Below are positions 48,499 through 56,950 of a stretch of DNA of 64,000 nt, one piece after another. The DNA lies in the NCBI GenBank assembly GCA_963677925.2, contig CAXXYH010000003.1, positions 576,001 to 640,000 of the forward strand. The letters are read 5' to 3'. How positions within the stretch are numbered: the first letter of the stretch is position 1; each line of letters opens with the position of its first letter. Origin of the DNA: Spirochaetia bacterium. Its GTDB lineage: Bacteria; Spirochaetota; Spirochaetia; UBA9216. The position numbers were made by a program, and so were the translations under genes. The notes under the pieces were generated by a model. It worked only from the letters and a program-made list of their open reading frames with translations, was not told the DNA's origin and searched no databases.

Positions 48499-49323
48499 CT
48501 ACATCAGAATTCCGCTGTAGTCTTTCCTGAATCCTTTGAGGATAGGAAGCTGTTCCCTGTAGCTGTAGACCTTATCGGTGTTTATTTCCCTGATTAAAAT
48601 TCCCTCATCCTCATCCAGCGAATCCATAACCTCACCCCATGGATCAGTTATTAGAGAATTCCCCCATGAGAGATATCCGGCATCGTGATTTCGGGCGGGA
48701 GCGCATCCAGCCATAAAAACCTGATTATCCACTGCCCGTATACGGAATGTCAGCTCCCAGTGTGCAGGCCCGGTAGTCATATTGAATGCTCCGGGAACGA
48801 TGATTGTGTGAGCACCCTGGACCGCCATTTCTCTGAACATTTCTGCAAACCTGATATCAAAGCAGATCGCCACCCCGATTTTACCGAACTCGGTATCAAT
48901 TACAGTTACCCTGTTACCGGGACTGAGGGTTTCGGATTCATGAAAACTGATTCCGCCCTCAATATCAACATCAAAAAGATGGAGTTTCCTGTGCCTTTCA
49001 ATAAGATCTCCATCCTTGTTGAAGCAGAAGCATGTGTTGAATATTTTTCCGTCGGAAGCTTTCTCAGGTATGGATCCGCCGATAAGCACTATTTTATAGT
49101 CGCTTGCAAGCCGTGATAATCTTTTTACCGTTTTACCGTTATCGGTTTCTGCATAATCTGGAAAACAGCTGTTATCATAAGGGCAATTAAACATTTCAGG
49201 CAGGACTACCACATCGGCTCCGGATTCTACGGCTGAGTCTATCATCTTCTCTGCATGTTCGAGATTCTTATCCTTGGAAGTTTCTACAAGCATCTGTATA
49301 AGTGCAAGGTTGAAAACAGACAT
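48499..49323 (-). CDS. Carbon-nitrogen hydrolase (Nit1/Nit2 omega-amidase-like)
   Basis: LPEMFN.PY, HRKLHLFD, ICFDIRF (E-K-C triad), AFNMTTGPAHW...RAVDNQ. Confidence 0.93.
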   Translation of the reverse strand: MSVFNLALIQMLVETSKDKNLEHAEKMIDSAVESGADVVVLPEMFNCPYDNSCFPDYAETDNGKTVKRLSRLASDYKIVLIGGSIPEKASDGKIFNTCFCFNKDGDLIERHRKLHLFDVDIEGGISFHESETLSPGNRVTVIDTEFGKIGVAICFDIRFAEMFREMAVQGAHTIIVPGAFNMTTGPAHWELTFRIRAVDNQVFMAGCAPARNHDAGYLSWGNSLITDPWGEVMDSLDEDEGILIREINTDKVYSYREQLPILKGFRKDYSGILM

Positions 49324-49332
49324 ATTTACTCC

Positions 49333-49947
49333 TTATTTGGAAGCTATGACGGTATAATCATTTGAAAGATATCCGCTTATTATTTTTACCGAACCGGCAA
49401 ATGATGATGCAAGCTTTTCTGCCTCGGAAGGTTCAAAGTAGAAATAATTCTCATCCCTGTCCGGAGATGCGGGGTCCAGCAGGTTGAAAACAAAGTATTT
49501 ATCTGCCAGCCCGGCCAGAACAGGAACTGCAGCCCTTAGAAAGGCTTCATTATTGCCGGCATTCAGATTAAAAATGCCGGATACAAAGGTAACATCAAAG
49601 GAGGATCTACCGATAACATCCTCTGACTTAAAACCCTCATCAAAAATATCAGCTGCTGCAAAAACAGTTTCCGGATGCAGTTCCGATGCCCTGTCAGTCA
49701 TTTTCTTCAGTATGTCAACACCGAAATAATCAGCATTGACATCAATGGATTTCAGCCAGTCCAGAAGGTCTCCGCAGCCGCAGCCTACATCGAGTATCGA
49801 TTTTCCGTTCAAATCAATATTATCAGTAAGAATACTGAACCTTGTTTTCTGAGCCTCAGGGCTCTCCCAGTCAAGGATTTTTGAGTTTTCATTGAATTTC
49901 TCGATTCTGGGTTCGTAATGTTTTTTAAGTATCTCAATTCTTCCCAT
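49333..49947 (-). CDS. Class I SAM-dependent methyltransferase
   Basis: W.S...Q..RF, SILDVGCGCGD, Y.GVDI, FD....SGIFN. Start moved to ATG 49947 (TATACT 7 nt upstream). Confidence 0.88.
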   Translation of the reverse strand: MGRIEILKKHYEPRIEKFNENSKILDWESPEAQKTRFSILTDNIDLNGKSILDVGCGCGDLLDWLKSIDVNADYFGVDILKKMTDRASELHPETVFAAADIFDEGFKSEDVIGRSSFDVTFVSGIFNLNAGNNEAFLRAAVPVLAGLADKYFVFNLLDPASPDRDENYFYFEPSEAEKLASSFAGSVKIISGYLSNDYTVIASK

Positions 49948-50081
49948 GACGATTAGTATAGCTCTTATATATTTTTTTTTCGAGTAATACAGCACGTAAT
50001 TATCCAAAGCTCTTAATCTTTCTTTTTTTATCGACTTTGAAGTTTTTTTTGTATATATTCATAGAAACGAGGTTATGAACA

Positions 50082-51317
50082 TTGCTTAAAATATATAACA
50101 CCATGGCCAGGGAGCTTGAGGAATTCAGGCCGAGGAATGGGAAAAACGTAAAAATATTTACATGCGGACCATCAATTTATCAGAAAGCTCATCTTGGCAA
50201 CTACAGAACCTTTCTTTATGAAGATCTGCTGGTAAGGTATCTCAAGTTCAGCGGTTACCATGTTGAACGGGCGATGAACCTTACTGATATTGAAGATAAA
50301 ACCATCTCGGAAGCTAAAAAGAAAGGTGTTGCAGTTCACGAGCTTACGGGCGACGTGCTTGCTATATTCAGAGACAGTCTGAACGGCTTTGATTTTGTTA
50401 TGCCGGAACACCTCATTCCAGCAACAGAAAGCATTGACTCCACAGTAAAAATTATTAAAACCCTTGTTGAGAAGGGAATTGCCTATGAACTTGACGGTGA
50501 TTATTTTTTCGATCCATTGAAAGTAGATAATTTCGGAAAACTTTTTCAGCTTGATATGAAACGCTGGCCTAAAGAGAAAAGGCGTTTCCGTCGTGATACC
50601 TATAACGGCAATAGATGGAACCTTGGTGATTTCATCCTGTGGCATGCAGACGGAGAAGAATACGGACCTGTCTGGGACACAGAAATAGGAAAAGGGCGTC
50701 CGTCCTGGAATATTCAGGATCCGGCCATTGTAGTAATGAGTCTTGGAGATCAGGTAGATATAAACTGCGGAGGTATTGATAATATTTACCGCCACCACGA
50801 TTACAATATAGCAGTAATGGAGGGATATTCCGGTAAAGACTATGCAAACTACTACATGCACGGCGAACACCTGGTAGTTGACGGAATTTCCATGTCCAAG
50901 AGCCGGGGCAATATCGTTTACCCTGAAGATCTTGTAAAAAAGGGTCACTCCTGGAAAGAGATCCGTTTTTTCCTCACCTACCGGCATTACCGGAAGAAGC
51001 TGAATTATACCGAAGAGCATTTTAATAAGACGGTTAAAATCCTGCATGATTTCAGGAACTCAATCGACTCGGTTAATGGCAGAGGAAAAAAAGACAGCAC
51101 TGCAGCAGGAGAACTGATAGATAATATCAATCCCGCCTTTTCAGAACAGCTTGATAAAGATCTTTCACTGGGCAAGGGTTTTGATGCTGTATACACCATT
51201 GTTAAGAAGCTTGAGAAAATATCAAAGGCAGAGGCTTTGTCTGAAAATCAGTTAAAAAGCCTTAAATCTGAACTGAAAAAAATTGACAATGTACTTAATG
51301 TAATCTACCCTACCTGA
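50082..51317 (+). CDS. Non-canonical cysteinyl-tRNA synthetase paralogue lacking the C-terminal anticodon domain
   Basis: CGPSIY..AHLGN, DFILW, GRPSWNIQD, HHDYN, SMSKS. 411 aa, ending after the helical bundle. TTG start after GAGGT. Confidence 0.9.
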   Translation: MLKIYNTMARELEEFRPRNGKNVKIFTCGPSIYQKAHLGNYRTFLYEDLLVRYLKFSGYHVERAMNLTDIEDKTISEAKKKGVAVHELTGDVLAIFRDSLNGFDFVMPEHLIPATESIDSTVKIIKTLVEKGIAYELDGDYFFDPLKVDNFGKLFQLDMKRWPKEKRRFRRDTYNGNRWNLGDFILWHADGEEYGPVWDTEIGKGRPSWNIQDPAIVVMSLGDQVDINCGGIDNIYRHHDYNIAVMEGYSGKDYANYYMHGEHLVVDGISMSKSRGNIVYPEDLVKKGHSWKEIRFFLTYRHYRKKLNYTEEHFNKTVKILHDFRNSIDSVNGRGKKDSTAAGELIDNINPAFSEQLDKDLSLGKGFDAVYTIVKKLEKISKAEALSENQLKSLKSELKKIDNVLNVIYPT

Positions 51318-51351
51318 TATACAGAAATATGAATGAAGTAAAGGAGTTAGA

Positions 51352-51717
51352 ATGAATCTTAGCTATAAAAACATCATCTCTTATGTATGGGCAAGAGATC
51401 CTGAAAAAACTATTAATTTTTATACTGCAATTTTAGGTTTCAAAAAAGCATTTGAATCTGACGGATGGACTGAACTTGCGGTTCCGGGAACAACCAACAC
51501 CTACCTTGCAGTTAACAAGTGGAGCAAGGAAGGAACCTACCCGGTCAACGAGTTTCTGACACTCGGTATAGAAGACCTAGATGCATTCAAGGCTCACCTT
51601 GTTGCCGAAGAAGTTACACTTTACGGTGATATAGTGGATTTCCCCGAGCAGGATATGCGGATGCTTAAGTTTTATGATCCTGACAAGAATGTACTGACAG
51701 TATCTGAGGTAAAGTAA
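51352..51717 (+). CDS. VOC (glyoxalase/bleomycin-resistance fold) protein
   Basis: D......FY..ILGF, W.EL, F.DPD.N; SD AAGGAG. Confidence 0.88.
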   Translation: MNLSYKNIISYVWARDPEKTINFYTAILGFKKAFESDGWTELAVPGTTNTYLAVNKWSKEGTYPVNEFLTLGIEDLDAFKAHLVAEEVTLYGDIVDFPEQDMRMLKFYDPDKNVLTVSEVK

Positions 51718-51743
51718 CAACTGAAACTGTTTTTATTAAATAG

Positions 51744-51772
51744 AAAGCTGCCTTTTATCAGGCAGCTTTTTT
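51744..51772 (+). terminator. Rho-independent terminator (probably bidirectional)
   Basis: Perfect 10-bp stem AAAGCTGCCT/AGGCAGCTTT, 6-nt loop, T run. Confidence 0.85.
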
Positions 51773-51809
51773 CTTGCCAGGACAAAGTAGTGTTTGCTGG
51801 TTTGGGTAC
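51746..51809. repeat. 64-bp direct repeat, copy 1 (left flank of the surface-protein cassette)
   Basis: 53/64 ungapped identity to 56019-56082 by hand alignment, with a perfect 21-bp core ATCAGGCAGCTTTTTTCTTGC. Confidence 0.9.
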
Positions 51810-51820
51810 TGTAGAAGGTA

Positions 51821-53368
51821 TTAAAGCCCGTATTTACAAAGTCTCAGTTTTTCCAGTGAACCTCCAAGCAGCAGGATCTCATCTTCCAGAAGAAAAATTG
51901 CATCGATATCCGGATTACTAAAGCCGTCATCCCAGGGAAAAACAAGTCCTGTCCCGCCGAAAGTTTTGTCCAAATCTCCGTCAGGGGTGTAGCGGAAAAG
52001 ACCGCTTGTTTTATAATAAGCGTTAGATGTGCCAACAATGTAGTTGCCCGCATCATCCGTAATTAGCGCTGATAGGGAAAATCTGTAATCGTCTAAAATT
52101 TCTTCAACAATACCATTGCTGCCGAAGCTTGTATCGAAAACTCCAGCAGCAGTAAATCTTGCAAGAAAAATATCTTCATCAGTATTTTCATCAGCATGGA
52201 TAGTTCCACCCACCGTAATCGAACCGTCATCATGAAGCAACAGAGATACAGGACCGTAATAAAAGGTCTCATTGCCTTCAATTACGGCATATCCTGATGA
52301 ATCTGTTCCGAAGTCTGAATCAAGACTGCCATCGGTGTTGAACCTTGCAAGGATCAAATCCTTACCGGAATCACTTGAACGTACACCTGAACCAAGAGCG
52401 AGGATCTTACCGTCAGCCTGCTCGCCGAGCTTATAACCTGCGGTGCTTGTATAATCAGCATTACTGAAATATGCAGTCCCATCGCTGCCGAAACTGGAAT
52501 CTGTTCCGCCGTCTTCTTCACGGATGTTGATATATAAACGGTCCATCTCATTATAGTTTCTGGTTCCGATTGCTGCAAAACTTCCGGAAGCAAGAATTTC
52601 CAAATCTTCTATCGATATTGCATAAACAAGAGGCATGATTCCGTCACCGTTGAATGTTGCGTCCAGGTTTCCATCGGCGTCGTAGCGATATCCGACTGTT
52701 ACATCTGTAGGCGAAAGATCGCGAATTCCGCCGGCCAGTATTCTACCGTCAGCATAAACATCAAAACAACGGAGTTCTTCGGCATTGACAGAATCAGGGT
52801 AATAGGCGATTCCATCGCCCCCCCCGAAGCTTGTATCGGGTTCACCAGAAAGCAGAAGCCTGGTAACGATAAAATCAGTGTCATCCTCAGACCCCACTAA
52901 AATACTTGCTGAATCATATCTTACTGCATCATAAACCATCGAATAGGTGATACCAATCTCATCATTTATATCAACAACCACTACACCGTCTTCCCCATAC
53001 TCAGGGTCGATAGTACCGCATTGACTGACTTTCACCTCACACTCTTCCTGATAGTAGGAATCCTGACTGGATGTAGCGGTTATCACAGCAGTGCCTTCTG
53101 ACAGCGCTGTGACTGTAGTCTCTGTACCTGTATCAGCGACAGAGACTACCGAACTGTCAGAGCTTCTCCAGGTTACGCTGAAAGCATCGTCTCCGTCAAA
53201 AATTTTAACCGTAAGCTCACGCTCTTCACCCCTGAAAAGCTCCAGAGACGTATTGGAAAGCGACAGTCCCGTCACGGGATTAGACTCGCAGGAGGAAAGA
53301 AGTAGTACAAAAACAAAACTGAAACTAAAAAGATAAAATAGCGTCTTTCGAATGTTATACAATTTCAT
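51821..53368 (-). CDS. Lipoprotein with Ig-like (Big_2) domain and delta-60 (DUF5122-like) beta-propeller repeats
   Basis: LLSS-C lipobox; VTWRSSD.SVVSV...A...GTAVITATS; repeated R....G..D.SFG..G. Confidence 0.85.
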   Translation of the reverse strand: MKLYNIRKTLFYLFSFSFVFVLLLSSCESNPVTGLSLSNTSLELFRGEERELTVKIFDGDDAFSVTWRSSDSSVVSVADTGTETTVTALSEGTAVITATSSQDSYYQEECEVKVSQCGTIDPEYGEDGVVVVDINDEIGITYSMVYDAVRYDSASILVGSEDDTDFIVTRLLLSGEPDTSFGGGDGIAYYPDSVNAEELRCFDVYADGRILAGGIRDLSPTDVTVGYRYDADGNLDATFNGDGIMPLVYAISIEDLEILASGSFAAIGTRNYNEMDRLYINIREEDGGTDSSFGSDGTAYFSNADYTSTAGYKLGEQADGKILALGSGVRSSDSGKDLILARFNTDGSLDSDFGTDSSGYAVIEGNETFYYGPVSLLLHDDGSITVGGTIHADENTDEDIFLARFTAAGVFDTSFGSNGIVEEILDDYRFSLSALITDDAGNYIVGTSNAYYKTSGLFRYTPDGDLDKTFGGTGLVFPWDDGFSNPDIDAIFLLEDEILLLGGSLEKLRLCKYGL

Positions 53369-53382
53369 ACTAAGCTCCTCAA

Positions 53383-54423
53383 TTAGGGGGTGTATTTAAA
53401 CAGATACCCCGAAGAACTTCCCGGTAAGAACCCGTCACCGAATCCTGTCCACTGCCTTAAAAAATATGCATCCCCATCACATAAAACGAAAGAGCTGTTA
53501 CCGTAATCCATGAAATATCCCTCAGGGAAAGATGCAAGCTCTGTCCATTCTGTATCTCCGGGAGTCCATGAATACAGCTTATTCTCATCACCTAGAACAT
53601 AACCGGTTCCGTCTATAGAGAATCCTTTTTCCACTACTCCTGCAGATTCCGGCAGGGAAGGAATTGACACCCAGCTTCCATCGGCAGGATCAAATTCGCT
53701 GAACTCACGAACCGCATTAGTATCCACTCCATCATCGTCGGGGTCCTCGGAACTGTCAACAGGATATTTTCCACCGCCGGAATAGATCTTGTCTCCGATT
53801 GTAAAAAAAGCAGGGTTTCTATAACCGGAATAATCCGAATCGGACATTTGTCTTGTCACTACAGGATCTGCTGTATCGAAATACCAGCTGTAATAGACAT
53901 AATCATAACTATCAGAGGTTCCGAACAAAATGCAGCTGTCTGTCCACGCACAATCAAGACCACTGGCGGGTATATTACTGAAATCAAGTGTTGTAAGTGT
54001 TAAGGTGCCTGCATCAACATCATATTCCCAGACAGTATCATGATTCCAGCCTTCAACAACATAAACCTTTCCATCATGTTCATAAGTTGTACATGAGTCA
54101 TCATCCCTGGTTTCATGACCGCTTATTTCTATCTCTGTCCAGCTTTCGGATTCAGGATTATAAGTCCACATATCAAGCAATGGATTATCAGTGTCTTCAT
54201 GATGTCCAAGACCGTAGTAAACCAGCCCGTCACGTTCAAATAGAACTGCTTCTGCTCTTTTATCTCCAGGGAAGGTTGTCTTTCGCTCCCAGAAATCATG
54301 ATCAAGAGCATTGTCCCTGTCTGCTGCAAAGATTGCCGAATCAGCTGCTGATGGATCAAAGAGATCACAGGCAGTAAAAACAATAAGAGCCAGAATTATT
54401 AAACCTATCATTTTATTCTTCAT
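53383..54423 (-). CDS. Kelch-like beta-propeller lipoprotein
   Basis: VFTA-C lipobox; repeats FPG..R, Y.GLG, D.W.Y.P....W, F.IG.K.Y.GGG, EFDP....W. Confidence 0.8.
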   Translation of the reverse strand: MKNKMIGLIILALIVFTACDLFDPSAADSAIFAADRDNALDHDFWERKTTFPGDKRAEAVLFERDGLVYYGLGHHEDTDNPLLDMWTYNPESESWTEIEISGHETRDDDSCTTYEHDGKVYVVEGWNHDTVWEYDVDAGTLTLTTLDFSNIPASGLDCAWTDSCILFGTSDSYDYVYYSWYFDTADPVVTRQMSDSDYSGYRNPAFFTIGDKIYSGGGKYPVDSSEDPDDDGVDTNAVREFSEFDPADGSWVSIPSLPESAGVVEKGFSIDGTGYVLGDENKLYSWTPGDTEWTELASFPEGYFMDYGNSSFVLCDGDAYFLRQWTGFGDGFLPGSSSGYLFKYTP

Positions 54424-55945
54424 TCAAGGCCCCCTGCAGTTTTTCAATCTTTCTTTCGATACTGGCTTCCCGGCCTGCCAGCAATACTGATATGAGTGTA
54501 AAGCCTGCGGCCGGCGCTCCTATATACAATGACGTATCACGAAACTCACGCCAGATAAAAATATTGTCTTCTTCAGCGGTTATTGCTGCACCCAGACGGT
54601 CCACTTCCGCCTGAGTAGTCGCAGCATCATACAGCGGTGCAAGCTCTGTCAGCTCATCTGTTGCCGACCATATCATATACTCTCCGGCAGCCGCGACTGA
54701 AGCACTCACGGCAGTTATCGAGCCGAAGATCCAGCTGCATCCCTTCCAGAATGCGGTAGATTTTTTTGCTCCTTCAAGCTTGAGACTAAGCTCAGCTATT
54801 TCTTCGCGTATTAAATATTCTTCTGTATATTCAAGTTCCTGTTCAATTCTTAATGTTTCATCACGGACTATCTCAACATCGATCACCGTATCTTTATAAT
54901 CCGGATGCGATACAGTTACTTTATAACTGCCTGCTGCCAAAGTGTTAGTAGAGTTGGCTTTTAGCTGAATAAGCTCACCATCCTTATTCACAGCTTTGGC
55001 AGCTGCGCCTTCAGTACCAAGTATTTCAAGATACCCGCCCGGTATAAGCTCAATAGTCAGGCGTGTTGTTACACCTGACTCTATTTCAACATCATCGATA
55101 TAGAACCATCCATCACCCTCGACATGAATTTGTTTGGTTCCTGCAGGAACAGCTTTGTTGAGCCCCTTCTTTGCGGAAAAATCTCCGATGGTTATTTCAT
55201 ATCCTGCGGCTTCTTTCGGAATAACCGTAAGAATTACGTTTCCAGTAAGCAGTTTGATATCAGCTTCAATTTCTACAATATCTTTGGATAGAATTGTTAT
55301 CTCTTTTGTAAAAACATTATCTTCTGACTTTACCTCTACCAGATGGCTGCCAAACACTACATTTTCAATAAGCAGTGGAGTAATCCCAACACTCTCACCG
55401 TCCAGAAATACTTCAAGTTCAAGATCATCGGGGGCAGTAACATAAATTTCACCGACGACTTCGAATGAAACTCCGGTTTCCGGATTGTAATCCAGCCCCG
55501 CCAGCTTGTATGAAGCCGAAAAAACCTGTTCCTGCATTTCATCAAGTGAGCTGAATGTTACAACTTCGGCTCCTACGGTTCTGCTTGTTCCTACATCAAT
55601 CATGCGGACAGCGAGGTTATATGTACTTCCAACAGCCGACAATTCTCCAAGCACAATAATTTCTGCGGCAAGAAGTTTACCGACTTCGATCGCACATGAA
55701 TCATCAGTACAGCCGGAAAGAGAAAAAGCCTGTGCTTCCAGAATCTCCTGCATGTCGTTGTAGCTTAAAACCGTGTACAGATCTGTTTTAAAAAGGGCTG
55801 TCTCTACAATACTCCGGCAGGCTGTGGCATCCGCTTCTGAAACACCGTTTGCAGTTATAGCTGTTACAGCAAGAAGCGGTTTACTCTGAGCATAAACACT
55901 CGCTGAACCTACTAATAAAAATAAACATATTATATATTTCCGCAT
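54413..55945 (-). CDS. Exported protein: CsgG/TolB-N-like domain, PEGA domains, C-terminal hydrophobic helices
   Basis: Signal peptide; ILEAQ.FSLSGCTD.SCAIEVGKLLAA..IV.G; V.LDG..VG.TPL.I..V..G.H.VEV; G.Y.VTVSHPDY. Confidence 0.8.
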   Translation of the reverse strand: MRKYIICLFLLVGSASVYAQSKPLLAVTAITANGVSEADATACRSIVETALFKTDLYTVLSYNDMQEILEAQAFSLSGCTDDSCAIEVGKLLAAEIIVLGELSAVGSTYNLAVRMIDVGTSRTVGAEVVTFSSLDEMQEQVFSASYKLAGLDYNPETGVSFEVVGEIYVTAPDDLELEVFLDGESVGITPLLIENVVFGSHLVEVKSEDNVFTKEITILSKDIVEIEADIKLLTGNVILTVIPKEAAGYEITIGDFSAKKGLNKAVPAGTKQIHVEGDGWFYIDDVEIESGVTTRLTIELIPGGYLEILGTEGAAAKAVNKDGELIQLKANSTNTLAAGSYKVTVSHPDYKDTVIDVEIVRDETLRIEQELEYTEEYLIREEIAELSLKLEGAKKSTAFWKGCSWIFGSITAVSASVAAAGEYMIWSATDELTELAPLYDAATTQAEVDRLGAAITAEEDNIFIWREFRDTSLYIGAPAAGFTLISVLLAGREASIERKIEKLQGALNEE

Positions 55946-55950
55946 AAAAT

Positions 55951-55979
55951 ATTGTATGTTAGGTAAGTTTATGGGTCAA
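55951..55979 (-). promoter_or_regulatory. Sigma70-type promoter of the cassette (leaderless layout)
   Basis: TTGACC-17-TACAAT-5 nt-ATG, no SD. Confidence 0.7.
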
Positions 55980-56018
55980 GGAATAAAAAATGTTACGGCC
56001 TGGTGGGACTTTTACAAC

Positions 56019-56082
56019 AGCAGCCTCTAATCAGGCAGCTTTTTTCTTGCAAGAACGAAATAATGTTTACTTGTTTGGATAC
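56019..56082. repeat. 64-bp direct repeat, copy 2 (right flank of the cassette)
   Basis: Matches 51746-51809; the hairpin is imperfect in this copy. Confidence 0.9.
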
Positions 56083-56140
56083 GGCCTTCAATAAAACAAT
56101 CATCAATATGCCTTATCTGTTTGATTTCAAAGTTTGTAAA
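56027..56140 (-). pseudogene. 3'-end remnant of a gene, resembling a class I methyltransferase C-terminus
   Basis: Open minus frame FTNFEIKQIRHIDDCFIEGRIQTSKHYFVLARKKLPD*. Silent divergence against repeat copy 1 supports past coding function. Family call is by recollection only. Confidence 0.55.
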
Positions 56141-56179
56141 TGTCTTGCGATTTTCAGAGTTTACTGCATAATAGCTTGT

Positions 56180-56950
56180 ATGCATAATAACCAAACACCG
56201 ATCATAAAATTATTACTAATACTGTTTCTCTTTACATCTTTTTCAATTTTCGCAGATGATAAAAGCACGAATACAATAACAGTAGATTCATTTGACGGCC
56301 CCGGTTCTGGCGGATATTACGACGGCAGCAGAATAATCTGGAATGCAGTCGGCAGCAGATATGCTACCCGCTTTGAATCGGAAAACCCTGGCGCTCCTGA
56401 AAACTTTCCCAGACTGGCTTATGCAGACAGGAACGCAGCGCCTGATATTTTCGGAACTCTGCCGGAACCATCTGAAAACTCGGCAGTGCTTGGTATCTGG
56501 TCCAGATTCGATCGGCCCGGCTATAATTCATATGAAATACTTCCCGGAGAAACCAGCGAAGGAGAATGGATTTACCGTCCGATTGAACTGGTTCAAAAAG
56601 TAAAAAGTATAAGCTTTTTAGCCTGGGGATCAGATTTGGATTATGAGATTGAGATTCATATAATGGATACGAACGGCTTTGTGTATCAGCTTCGGCCTTT
56701 CAGGACGGATACTGCAAACGGGAAACATATTGAATCAAGCTTAAAGTATACAGGATGGGCAGAGTTCTCAGCTAAAATACCGGATTATATAATCCAGCGA
56801 GACGTTGCAGTATCAAACCGGTTCCCTCTGTATATAAGTAAATTTGTTGTCCGGACTATGCCCGAAGAAAAAATTTCTGAATGCCGGCTTTATCTGGACA
56901 GGCTTGAAGTGATTACCATCCCGGCAGAGACTCTCGACGGGCTCTTTTAG
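56180..56950 (+). CDS. FlaA-family (flagellar filament sheath) protein, divergent paralogue
   Basis: Signal peptide; LG....FDR.GYN..EI.P, VKSIS...WG....Y.IE....D..G, L.Y.GW......IP..I.Q, Y.D.L.V. Start moved to ATG 56180. Confidence 0.82.
   Translation: MHNNQTPIIKLLLILFLFTSFSIFADDKSTNTITVDSFDGPGSGGYYDGSRIIWNAVGSRYATRFESENPGAPENFPRLAYADRNAAPDIFGTLPEPSENSAVLGIWSRFDRPGYNSYEILPGETSEGEWIYRPIELVQKVKSISFLAWGSDLDYEIEIHIMDTNGFVYQLRPFRTDTANGKHIESSLKYTGWAEFSAKIPDYIIQRDVAVSNRFPLYISKFVVRTMPEEKISECRLYLDRLEVITIPAETLDGLF

Noticed and set aside
50172-51047. 291-aa antisense ORF over the CysRS paralogue
   Set aside because: Shadow frame of a well-supported gene, with no motifs. The same applies to the many other nested antisense ORFs in the track.
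51776-51808. Plus-strand reading of the repeat, which also shows silent changes
   Set aside because: That frame contains a stop codon in both copies. The minus frame is open and protein-like, so it is the better explanation.
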